Shown: positions 1-7,626, counted from the first letter of the stretch. The stretch is DNA of 32,000 nucleotides from Nitrospira sp. (GCA_037142015.1 JBAXBK010000023.1:1-32000); one strand, 5' to 3'. Numbers and translations are program-made. Notes: generated from the letters alone by a model not told the origin.

Positions 1-10
1 TGGATAACAT
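1..10 (-). CDS. Start of an unidentified CDS running off the left edge (fragment only)
   Basis: Minus-strand ATG at 10-8 is preceded by AGGAGG (complement of 16-21) with 5-nt spacing. The context AACCTAGGAGG-N5-ATG is the same as at the cytochrome gene start (709). Confidence 0.25.
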
Positions 11-109
11 GGGAACCTCCTAGGTTAAATGTGAAAACAACGACACCCCTTTCTAATACGTTCACCGGAGATTTTTCAGGAACGATCCGTATCGGTTAAG
101 AGGGCTAGG

Positions 110-709
110 TCAGTCCTTTTCTTTCTTCTCTTCCTTCAACACCATCATGCCCTGCGCTTTACTGGCATTGAGGTCGCTCTCCGGGACTTTCTTATGCACC
201 AGGTTCTGATGGCAATCGATGCAGGTGGCCCCCTCCGTTTCCATCTTCATGTGCGCGGCCTTCGCCGATGCGCCAGGCGGCTTGGTATTCTTGTGGCACT
301 CCCGGCAGGTGACGCTGTCCCAGTTTTTGAGCGACATGCGCGCATAGTGGGCCATGATCGGCCGGCGCTCATTGAACTTCTCGATCGTCGAGTAGTCATA
401 TTTCATCTCCGCGAGCACGGCCCGCGTTCCGTCATACATGTGCGTCCATAGAGCCAGGTGGAAGTTACCCAGGCCCTGGGGAACGTGACAGTCCTTACAG
501 CCAGGGTCGGCCCCGAGCGCGCCATAGTGCGAGGACTTCTTCAGCTCTTCATATGGGTAGGTCTGGGAATGGCAGCTTACGCAGAACTCGGTCCTGGAGA
601 GGGCGTGCTCCCCGCCGAATACCACGGCGATCGCTCCGACTATAAGAACTGCACCTAGGAGGAGGGCGCCACCCGACAGGCTCAAGTATTGCCTTAATTT
701 CCCCACCAT
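110..709 (-). CDS. NapC/NirT-family membrane-anchored tetrahaem cytochrome c (quinol dehydrogenase type)
   Basis: 199 aa with an N-terminal TM helix (LLLGAVLIVGAIAVVFGG). Four CxxCH motifs are present (CVSCH, CKDCH, CRECH, CIDCH). AGGAGG lies 5 nt upstream of the ATG and overlaps the stop codon of the upstream ORF. Confidence 0.85.
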   Translation of the reverse strand: MVGKLRQYLSLSGGALLLGAVLIVGAIAVVFGGEHALSRTEFCVSCHSQTYPYEELKKSSHYGALGADPGCKDCHVPQGLGNFHLALWTHMYDGTRAVLAEMKYDYSTIEKFNERRPIMAHYARMSLKNWDSVTCRECHKNTKPPGASAKAAHMKMETEGATCIDCHQNLVHKKVPESDLNASKAQGMMVLKEEKKEKD

Positions 710-718
710 GATTGCCTC

Positions 719-1039
719 CTAGGTTTTATGTTCACTGTTCGCAATAATGGGGGCTGATAATCTTGGTGAACCGCCCGCCCTGCCGACCGACACGCGGTAC
801 TCTGAGGGATAAACGGCGGTCAACGAAACTTTTTCCGCCCGGCTCAGACGGTCCACTGACAAGAAGACTTGCCCCCATCCGATGCCCGTCAGCATGGTGT
901 GACCTTCTATTGTTTGTGCCCCTTTCCGCCTAAGCAGCAGAAGCACTTTTCGATCAACTGATTGTGAATTGGAAAGCTGTGCGACTGCATGACTCCCGAT
1001 CTGCTCAGCGCTCGCTTTCTCTGTGAATGCTCTTGCCAT
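719..1039 (-). CDS. Hypothetical protein (106 aa), first gene of the cytochrome operon
   Basis: I prefer the start at MARAF (ATG 1039), which has GGAGG 5 nt upstream. Its stop TAG is embedded in the RBS of the next gene. I recognise no motif and there are no Cys residues. Confidence 0.45.
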   Translation of the reverse strand: MARAFTEKASAEQIGSHAVAQLSNSQSVDRKVLLLLRRKGAQTIEGHTMLTGIGWGQVFLSVDRLSRAEKVSLTAVYPSEYRVSVGRAGGSPRLSAPIIANSEHKT

Positions 1040-1088
1040 GATTACCTCCATGAATTACGTGTTCAATGTTTGCATCATGTATGTCTAA

Positions 1089-1117
1089 TGTATAAACCAT
1101 GTTGTCCAATATGTCAA
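1089..1117 (-). promoter_or_regulatory. Candidate sigma70-type promoter for the 1039<-110 operon
   Basis: On the minus strand: TTGACA (1117-1112), 17 nt spacer, TATACA (1094-1089). This lies ~45 nt upstream of the ATG at 1039. Confidence 0.4.
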
Positions 1118-1136
1118 GTGTTATAGTAATATATAT

Positions 1137-1165
1137 TTGACAAACATTGGACATTAAGATACAAT
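1137..1165 (+). promoter_or_regulatory. Near-consensus sigma70 promoter for the MerR/B12 regulator
   Basis: TTGACA (1137-1142), 17 nt spacer, TACAAT (1160-1165). The ATG at 1177 follows 12 nt after the -10 box, implying a leaderless or very short-leader mRNA. Confidence 0.55.
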
Positions 1166-1176
1166 CAACAATAAAT

Positions 1177-2100
1177 ATGAATATTCATAGAATTCACAGA
1201 GTTGCGAAACTGACCGGCCTCTCGAAGGATGTGATTCGCGTCTGGGAGAGGCGATATGGGCTTGTCAAACCTTCACGGAGCTCCAATCGTTATCGTGAAT
1301 ATAGCGACGAGGAGGTGGCACTTCTCCGTTTTGTAAAGGCGCAGATGGAACAAGGGGCCACGATCGGTGCACTCGCAACGGAGGGACACGATCAGCTTGT
1401 CGCACGCATGCGTATTGCGACTCCAGTTTCTGCAGAGGATCAGAAACCTCATGAGCGTCTGTTAGATGATTTGATGGGATCGCTTGATCCGCTCGATAAG
1501 GCAGGATTCGAACGCAAACTCAACGGCGCAGTGGCCGTCATTCCGTTCGATGAAGCCGTCCAGCGGATTCTGCTCCCACTGCAACGGCAAATCGGCGAGC
1601 TGTGGCACGAAGGTCGATTGAATATCGCAGTCGAACACTATGTGACGAAGATCATCCAACAGAAGTTGTTTTCAGTGATGAATCAGCTTCCGGTGAATGA
1701 GTTCGGCCCGCGAATCCTGATCGCCTGCCCGGAAGGCGAAACCCATGAGATCGGGGCCCAAGCCGTGGCCTACATCGCGGCGACCAGAGGATGCCACGTG
1801 TATTATCTCGGGCCGAACCTTCCCAATTCAGATCTCGTGATCTTCTGCGAGACGATCAAGCCCGATCTCGTACTGCTCTCTCTCACTGAGGTAAGACCCG
1901 AGGCCGCGGCGCTCCAACAGCTCAGGGACCTTGAGCAGCTTGCCAACCGCTGGTCTGTGGCTGTCGGTGGCCAGGGCGCTCGTGCTCTTGGAGATCGCCT
2001 TCGTGATACCAAGATCGAATTGCTCGATGATCTCACCGCACTCCACAGCCGCCTGACGATTCTTCTTACAACCCGCATGCTTGCCGCTCGTGCCCGATAA
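1177..2100 (+). CDS. CarH/LitR-type MerR-family transcriptional regulator with an adenosylcobalamin-binding photoreceptor domain
   Basis: N-terminal MerR HTH (IHRVAKLTGLSKDVIRVWERRYGL). LWHEGRLNIAVEH is an exact Wx9EH motif. ETHEIG matches E/DxHxxG at the start of a Rossmann-like B12 domain (ILIACPEGETHEIGAQAVAY...LVLLSLT...VGGQG). The start is moved to ATG 1177 because of the promoter position. Confidence 0.8.
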   Translation: MNIHRIHRVAKLTGLSKDVIRVWERRYGLVKPSRSSNRYREYSDEEVALLRFVKAQMEQGATIGALATEGHDQLVARMRIATPVSAEDQKPHERLLDDLMGSLDPLDKAGFERKLNGAVAVIPFDEAVQRILLPLQRQIGELWHEGRLNIAVEHYVTKIIQQKLFSVMNQLPVNEFGPRILIACPEGETHEIGAQAVAYIAATRGCHVYYLGPNLPNSDLVIFCETIKPDLVLLSLTEVRPEAAALQQLRDLEQLANRWSVAVGGQGARALGDRLRDTKIELLDDLTALHSRLTILLTTRMLAARAR

Positions 2101-2187
2101 AGAACTCGCGCAGCCGCATTGGAGTTTGGGCAAGAAGACGACTGATGCGGCGCATAAATTGTCTGGAGAAACATGGCGACACTCGTG

Positions 2188-2216
2188 TTGACGCATATGC
2201 TGACGAGCAGTAGGAT
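2188..2216 (+). promoter_or_regulatory. Possible promoter upstream of amoC
   Basis: TTGACG (2188-2193), 17 nt spacer, TAGGAT (2211-2216). It would give a ~155-nt 5' UTR. This is a motif match only. Confidence 0.3.
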
Positions 2217-2376
2217 GAAAATAAGCTTGTTGCCGATTAATTTCAGGGGAACGGCCCAGCAGAGCCGGGCGCTGTAGCCCCGAGGCTGTAATTCCAAACC
2301 TACGAGGAGGTGGATACAGGCTTTCACTACCAATTCAGAGGGGTGTTTCTTGGGTGTGCGAAAGGAGGTCAGGACC

Positions 2377-3177
2377 ATGGCGAGTACAACAACATTGGGA
2401 GGGAGCGACCGCGGGTACGACATGTCGCTCTGGTACGATTCGAAGCCGCTCAAGATTGGCTGGTTTGCCATGTTGGCGGCGGTGGGGTCGGAGGTCGTGT
2501 TTCAACGGGTCTTCGGGTATTCCCACGGCTTGGACTCCATGACGCCGGAGTTCGAGAATGTCTGGATGGGCCTGTGGCGGTTTAACGTGATCTCCAACAT
2601 CATCTTCTCGGCGGCCACGCTGGGTTGGATTTGGAGCACGCGGGATCGCAACGTGGCCAACGTGGATCCCAAGACCGAGCTCAAGCGGTATTTCTACTGG
2701 ATGATGTGGCTCGCCATTTATGTGTTCGGCGTGTATTGGGCCGGCTCGTATACCCTGGAGCAGGATGCCTCGTGGCATCAGGTGATCATCCGCGACACCA
2801 GCTTCACCGCCAGCCATATCATTGCCTTCTACTTCACGTTCCCGCTCTATATCACCTGTGGCGTGGCGAGCTACCTGTATGCCATGACCCGGTTGCCGCA
2901 GTTCAGCAAGGCGGTCTCCTTCCCCTTGGTGGGCGCCATCGTGGGCCCGATGATGATTCTCCCGAACGTGGGCCTCAACGAGTGGGGCCATGCCTTCTGG
3001 TTTGTGGATGAACTGTTTGCGGCGCCGTTGCACTGGGGCTTTGTGACCCTGGGCTGGTGCGGGTTATTCGGAGGGACCGGCGGTGTGGCGGCGCAGATCG
3101 TGGCCCGCATGTCCAACCTGTGCGATGTGGTCTGGAACAACGAGAGCAAGGATTGTTTGCATGTGATTCCGTACTAA
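2377..3177 (+). CDS. amoC: Ammonia monooxygenase subunit C (AmoC/PmoC family), stand-alone copy
   Basis: 266 aa from MASTTT, with AGGAGG 7 nt upstream. Long blocks are near-identical to bacterial AmoC as I recall it: [60 protein letters not shown]. No amoA or amoB is adjacent. Confidence 0.93.
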   Translation: MASTTTLGGSDRGYDMSLWYDSKPLKIGWFAMLAAVGSEVVFQRVFGYSHGLDSMTPEFENVWMGLWRFNVISNIIFSAATLGWIWSTRDRNVANVDPKTELKRYFYWMMWLAIYVFGVYWAGSYTLEQDASWHQVIIRDTSFTASHIIAFYFTFPLYITCGVASYLYAMTRLPQFSKAVSFPLVGAIVGPMMILPNVGLNEWGHAFWFVDELFAAPLHWGFVTLGWCGLFGGTGGVAAQIVARMSNLCDVVWNNESKDCLHVIPY

Positions 3178-3290
3178 GTCGTGCCGGTGGTGTCGGTGGG
3201 CTGGCCCTGTGCTCCGGATTTTGAAGTAGGGGGTCGGCTAACCGGGCGGCAGGACTGAGAGAGAGACCGTCGGCGCACTCAGTGCCATCT

Positions 3291-3335
3291 ACGGGCGACC
3301 TCCTACCATGGTAAGGGGTCGCCCGTGTTATTTGG
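3291..3335 (+). terminator. Rho-independent terminator candidate after amoC
   Basis: A 10-bp stem pairs ACGGGCGACC (3291-3300) with GGTCGCCCGT (3317-3326), followed by GTTATTT. Confidence 0.5.
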
Positions 3336-3520
3336 ATCGTGAATGAACCGAAGCATATTCTAAAGTCGGTGGCCTGGGAACTAGAACACCATGAATCGAT
3401 CGTTCCCTGTAAAAACAGTAAAACGCGGGTCACGCTTGTAAAGGAGTCAATGTTGTATCAGGAAAATTGCGTGTGGCAGCGACGGAAGGGGCAAAGCATG
3501 AAGAGCGTGGGAGCCTCGTA

Positions 3521-3542
3521 TGGTGCCGAAGGCGGGATTTGA
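3521..3542. repeat. tRNA-distal att core (duplicate of the tRNA-Leu 3' end)
   Basis: 22/22 identity with 27722-27743. Identity stops on both sides of the repeat. Confidence 0.8.
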
Positions 3543-3671
3543 TTTGAGGCGATTTTCATGACTTCAATAATATCAGTCAGTTTAGATATTTTGAAATGTT
3601 TTTACAACGACTTAGACCGTTTCCAGATATGTGATTGAGTATGACCGAGAATGATGGGATTTGCTCTGCTA

Positions 3672-3691
3672 TACGACCGTTTTACGACCGT
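3672..3691 (+). repeat. Tandem 9-bp repeat TACGACCGT x2 (11-bp period), candidate arm-type integrase site
   Basis: Copies at 3672-3680 and 3683-3691, 130 bp inside the distal att core. The same motif pair occurs at 27650-27669. Confidence 0.55.
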
Positions 3692-4096
3692 GACCATCTA
3701 TGGAGGCAGGAGTTCAGCAAAAGGAGTAGGACTGGAACTTCCAACGGAGCAGTTCAGGTCATAGTTCTAGATGCTCGTCAATATCTCCGCCCGCCTGAAC
3801 GTCTATTAAGCCCTGAGAGGGTTTTATGGACAGAGGTGACAGCCAATGGTCACTCTCGCCATCCCACACACGCCTGAGAGCCTTGACACCTTCCTACGGT
3901 CGGCCTAGCTATCCTTGTCACCTGACTAGCCCTTCGACCCTGAGCTGGTCGCCTTTCTAGCCAGAGTCCCCGCGTGCTGTACCTCCACCGGCCTGCAGTG
4001 ACCTTGACAAATGATTCCATTCTGGCCTTTCCGCCTTGGAAGTTATGATGATTTCTCACAGGGAAAGGATTATCCTTTGGAAGCAGTAGTCTTTAG

Positions 4097-4322
4097 CCCG
4101 CACTATTCATGAAAGTTCGTCGCGAAATGGCGGAGTGGCGCGCGACAAGCAAGACGTGCGCGACAGTCGCGACTCGAAGTTCCGGGTTCGAAGTTCCAAA
4201 ACCACGAACTTCGCAGCTCGAACCGTCGTCCGTCTCACCTGTCGCGCTTTCGCGCCAGTCTCGTCCGTCTCGCTTGAGTCAGGCATCCGCGCTTGCAGCA
4301 GGACCTTCATGAATAATGCGGG
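4097..4322. mobile_element. MITE (226 bp) with IS1380-type termini
   Basis: The termini are CCCGCACTATTCATGAA (4097-) and TTCATGAATAATGCGGG (-4322), matching at 16/17 as an inverted repeat. They match the ends of the IS at 13197-14896. The element is flanked by a perfect 4-bp duplication, TTAG (4093-4096 and 4323-4326). Confidence 0.7.
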
Positions 4323-4554
4323 TTAGAGCAATTTGTCCTGTGGAAAAAGGGTATGTTTGGGTAGAAGAATCGGCGATGTCTGAGAAGACTGGCTGCACGA
4401 AAGATGGGAAACGAGTGACATTGTCAGAAAGGAAGGAAGCTGTAAATTCCATTTGGTAGCGGGCAGACTCCCCGCAATCATCCGTAGCAATCACACCTTA
4501 TCCCCCCCATTGTGTTATAGACGGTTTCCGGGGTCCGCGCGATACTAAGCCATC

Positions 4555-5949
4555 ATGCGTACCATCTCCTTCATAATTCTCCTGTCCGCACTCGTTCTCC
4601 CCACCGTTGCCTTTGCGGAGATGCAGACTATCAGCGCCACGCACACCTACATCCTGGGCGACCATGACAGCAAAGACGACGCCCGCCAGCGCTGCGACCT
4701 TGAAGCCAAACGCAAGATACTAGAGCAAGCGGGTGTCTATATCGAAAGCGTGTCCGAAGTGAAGAACCTCGATCTCACCAAAGACAAGATCACCTCGTTT
4801 GCCGCAGCCGTCATGCAAGTAAAAGACACCAAGGAAGATGTCAGCTTCAAGCAGGGGCACATGACACTGACGCTCAAGCTCACCGCACAGGTGGATCTTG
4901 TAGAGGTGCGTAAACAACTTGCCGCTCGCCAGCTTGATGCGGGTGTGCGGGATACTGTGGCTGCTCAGCAAGACCGACTAAAGTACCTCGAAGCACGGCT
5001 TGAAGCCATGCAGCAACAGGAAAAGCAAGCACCTGGGCAGAGGACCATCTCTACAGCGAATGTCATCTTTACAGCCGCAGATGTGCAAATGGTGCGTACA
5101 CAAGCAGCCCGAGGCGACAGAGAGGCGCAGGCCATGCTCGGGAACCTGTACCACATGGGAAACGGCGTCCCTCAGGACTATGTCCAAGCGCGGCAGTGGT
5201 ACGAGAGAGCGGCTGCTCAGGGGCATGCAGTGGCGCAGGGCAACCTCGCTGTAATGTATAGGGTCGGACAGGGCGTCCCGCAGGATCATGGGAAGGCGCG
5301 GCAGTGGTACGAGAAAGCCGCTGCTCTGGGGAATGGAGAGGCGCAGGCTCGCCTCGCTGTAATGTATCACATGGGGCAAGGCGGGCCGCAGGACTATGCG
5401 CAAGCCGCGTACTGGTTCGAAAAAGCCGCTATCCAGGGAGGCGTAGAGGCACAAGTCATCATTGGGAATTTGTACGTAGAAGGAAAGGGCGTCTCCCAGG
5501 ACTACGTCAAGGCGCGGCAGTGGTACGAAAAAGCCGCTGCCCAGGGCAACGATACTGCGCAGTATTATCTTGGGTTGTTCTATAACAACGGGGGAGAGGG
5601 GATCCAGCAGGATTACGTCCAAGCAATGCAATGGTCCGAGAAAGCCGCTGCCCAAGGCAACCCGTTTGCGCAGGCCGCTCTTGGGAGTAGATACTACTTT
5701 GGAGGAGATGGCGTCGCGAAGGATTATGTACGCTCTTACCTGTGGTCCAGTCTTGCCGCACGCAATGAGGGAGTGCAACTTCCAGTAGCAGAGGGAGTGC
5801 AAGTTCCATTAGGTTCCGTTATGCAATCAATTCTAGTAAGGCTCGAAGGGACGATGACGCCTCAGCAGCTTCAGGAAGCACGGCAGTTAGTTCGAGACTG
5901 GAGGCCGAAGAAAGAGAACACACGACCTTCCCTATTCAGCGGGTTTTAG
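4555..5949 (+). CDS. Secreted Sel1-like repeat (SLR/TPR-type) protein
   Basis: 464 aa with a signal peptide (ILLSALVLPTVAFA). There are at least 6 tandem Sel1 units of the form G.GV.QDY..A..WYEKAAAQG...AQ..LG.MY. Confidence 0.85.
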   Translation: MRTISFIILLSALVLPTVAFAEMQTISATHTYILGDHDSKDDARQRCDLEAKRKILEQAGVYIESVSEVKNLDLTKDKITSFAAAVMQVKDTKEDVSFKQGHMTLTLKLTAQVDLVEVRKQLAARQLDAGVRDTVAAQQDRLKYLEARLEAMQQQEKQAPGQRTISTANVIFTAADVQMVRTQAARGDREAQAMLGNLYHMGNGVPQDYVQARQWYERAAAQGHAVAQGNLAVMYRVGQGVPQDHGKARQWYEKAAALGNGEAQARLAVMYHMGQGGPQDYAQAAYWFEKAAIQGGVEAQVIIGNLYVEGKGVSQDYVKARQWYEKAAAQGNDTAQYYLGLFYNNGGEGIQQDYVQAMQWSEKAAAQGNPFAQAALGSRYYFGGDGVAKDYVRSYLWSSLAARNEGVQLPVAEGVQVPLGSVMQSILVRLEGTMTPQQLQEARQLVRDWRPKKENTRPSLFSGF

Positions 5950-5996
5950 CAGAAAAACTGCAAGAGCTCCATACAAAAGCAGCCCAAGGTGACGAG

Positions 5997-6230
5997 GTGT
6001 CTCAGCACATTCTTGCGAGTCTGTATGACGGCGGGATAGACGTGCCACAGGACAATAAACATGCATATATGTTGTACAACCTTGTGGTTACACACTCGAC
6101 GAGCGACAGCCAGAAGGACGCATTAACAAAGTTTCGAGATGAGGTCGCAGGCCGTATGACACCCGCGCAGATCGCCGAAGCCCAACGACTCACGCCACAC
6201 TGCCTGGCACAGCAGTTCAAGGGCTGCTGA
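5997..6230 (+). pseudogene. Sel1-repeat gene remnant (C-terminal part only)
   Basis: Sel1-like sequence (AAQGDEVSQHILASLYDGGIDVPQD) continues in frame upstream of the first start codon. The C-terminal MTPAQIAEAQRL mirrors the MTPQQLQEARQL of the full gene. There is no N-terminus or signal peptide. Confidence 0.5.
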
Positions 6231-6425
6231 GTAAGGTCCGCCAGTTGCCACTCGCCGCAGTCTCTTCGCAATCATCCGTAGCGATCCTCTCCCCCCTTTC
6301 CCAGTTTGACAGGTGTTAGATAGGTGTTAGCGGGGTGAGCAAATCAGGCTAAATGGAGGCAGAGAGCGACAAAGAGAAACAAAGAGGCGAGAGGCTGAAC
6401 ACCGCATGATGCCGCAAGCTGCTAG

Positions 6426-6615
6426 CCCGCACTATTTACGAGACTTCGTGACGAAACCGCCGAGACGCCACGCGAGACAGGCGCGCGGAGCTGAGAGGGA
6501 GGAAGGCATACTTAACACAGTATGTTGACCGACCGAGCGGCGAGCCCGCCTGCCGTTAGGCTTGTCGCAGCGGCGTATCGGCGGCTGTAGTAGAAGTCTT
6601 CGTGAATGGTGCGGG
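6426..6615. mobile_element. Second MITE copy (190 bp) of the same IS1380-type family
   Basis: The left end CCCGCACTATTTACGAGACTTCGTGACGAAA (6426-) parallels MITE 1. The right end, reverse-complemented, reads CCCGCACCATTCACGAAGACTTC (-6615). The flanks are CTAG and CTGG. Confidence 0.6.
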
Positions 6616-6652
6616 CTGGCATATCGAGCAGGAGCGAGTCGTCACGCTGCAT
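6616..6652 (-). pseudogene. Truncated HEPN (DUF86-like) toxin gene stub
   Basis: An ATG at 6652 overlaps the MNT stop by 11 nt, as is usual for MNT-HEPN pairs. It reads [12 protein letters not shown] and then runs straight into the MITE terminus. No HEPN-like continuation is recognisable left of the MITE. Confidence 0.4.
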
Positions 6653-6959
6653 ACACAGCTTCCATGTGGGAGAGAATGTGCTTGCGCCTGATGTAGTTGC
6701 GGCTTTCCTCCACCAATCGTTTTTCAACCAGATCAACCACTCGTCCAAACAACGTCTCTAACTCCTCCTTCATATCCAGCAGATGGTCAACCCCCCAGTC
6801 TGAATCGGGGCTGAACGTCACCAGCACATCCACATCGCTGTCCGGACGGAAATCCTCTCGGAGCACGGAGCCGAAGAGAGCCAGCTCGGTAATCTTCCAT
6901 TTTTGGCAGAAGGCCGTAATCCTGTCTTTCGGCACCATAATCTGAATCTTACCGCTCAT
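6642..6959 (-). CDS. Minimal nucleotidyltransferase (MNT-type antitoxin, NTP_transf_2 fold)
   Basis: 105 aa carrying [20 protein letters not shown], which matches the GS-x9-11-DxD nucleotidyltransferase signature. Confidence 0.8.
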   Translation of the reverse strand: MSGKIQIMVPKDRITAFCQKWKITELALFGSVLREDFRPDSDVDVLVTFSPDSDWGVDHLLDMKEELETLFGRVVDLVEKRLVEESRNYIRRKHILSHMEAVYAA

Positions 6960-7216
6960 AGCTAGACCTCAGAGATGATCAACCTTCCGGTCACTCCATC
7001 GCCCATGACCGTTCCCCCAACCTTTTCCGATGGTAGCATTCCTTTTGTGCAATGTCATGCAGGGATAGGCCAGGCCGCGTATTTTTAGAAAGGAAGGAGG
7101 CCCGTGGCGCCAGGTCAGTGGCTAGAGGGTGACACACCGATCCTGTCGTTGCGACAGATCGCACCGGCCGGGTTCCTGACCCATCGCGCTCGTGCAGCAA
7201 CGCCTGCTCGCTCCCC

Positions 7217-7456
7217 TCAGTTCGTCAGACAACTCTCTTCCGGTATCGGTCTCGCCATGGCCATGGTGTTGACGCCTACTTCAGCCTTTGTACGGGGATT
7301 CGTGCGGCGAAACTCGGTGACGATGTCGTAGCGGTCCTGCTTCGTGCAGAGGTCCTTCCGTTCCAATACGTCCTCAATCTCGGCAATTTCCCACATATTG
7401 GAGATAGTCGTTTCTTCGAGAGACATGGTCTCGCCTGGGGGACGGTTGGTGTTCAT
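7217..7456 (-). CDS. Hypothetical small protein (79 aa)
   Basis: The ORF start overlaps the stop of the upstream small ORF in an ATGA arrangement. No motif recognised. Confidence 0.4.
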   Translation of the reverse strand: MNTNRPPGETMSLEETTISNMWEIAEIEDVLERKDLCTKQDRYDIVTEFRRTNPRTKAEVGVNTMAMARPIPEESCLTN

Positions 7457-7626
7457 TCGATGCGCTCACCGGCTTCCTCTACGAGTCGTGTGGTTACGTG
7501 CTCCACCCGACTATGCATCTGCTTCTCAATCGACGAGGTGTTCAGGCCGAACTCCTGGCCCCGGACCCAGCACACGATCGCAGCAGCCACAACGATGCGT
7601 TCTTCGATCGGCACATTGACGGTCAA
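7453..7626 (-). CDS. Hypothetical small protein (57 aa, TTG/GTG start), not in the ORF track
   Basis: Manual translation gives LTVNVPIEERIVVAAAIVCWVRGQEFGLNTSSIEKQMHSRVEHVTTRLVEEAGERIE. Its stop is coupled to the next ORF by an ATGA overlap. A non-ATG start is required. Confidence 0.3.
   Translation of the reverse strand: MTVNVPIEERIVVAAAIVCWVRGQEFGLNTSSIEKQMHSRVEHVTTRLVEEAGERIE

Noticed and set aside
15-727. Identical 11-mer CCTCCTAGGTT upstream of two consecutive minus-strand gene starts (16-26 and 715-725)
   Set aside because: This is most simply a shared strong Shine-Dalgarno context (AACCTAGGAGG-N5-ATG). There is not enough evidence for a separate regulatory element.
2335-3433. Several long ORFs antisense to or out of frame with amoC (e.g. 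2335-3033 minus, 232 aa; 2975-3433 minus)
   Set aside because: The plus-strand frame has unambiguous AmoC similarity along its whole length. The other ORFs are low-complexity Arg/Pro/Gly-rich artefacts of high GC.
3339-3542. 67-aa ORF ending in the distal att repeat
   Set aside because: It has no RBS and crosses the island junction. Its C-terminus is just the translated tRNA-derived repeat.
4107-4326. Three mutually overlapping 63-67 aa ORFs on both strands
   Set aside because: They lie entirely within the 226-bp MITE. The symmetry of the element creates open frames on both strands.
4978-5802. 274-aa minus-strand ORF inside the Sel1 gene
   Set aside because: It is a shadow ORF. The plus frame shows regular Sel1 repeats and a signal peptide.
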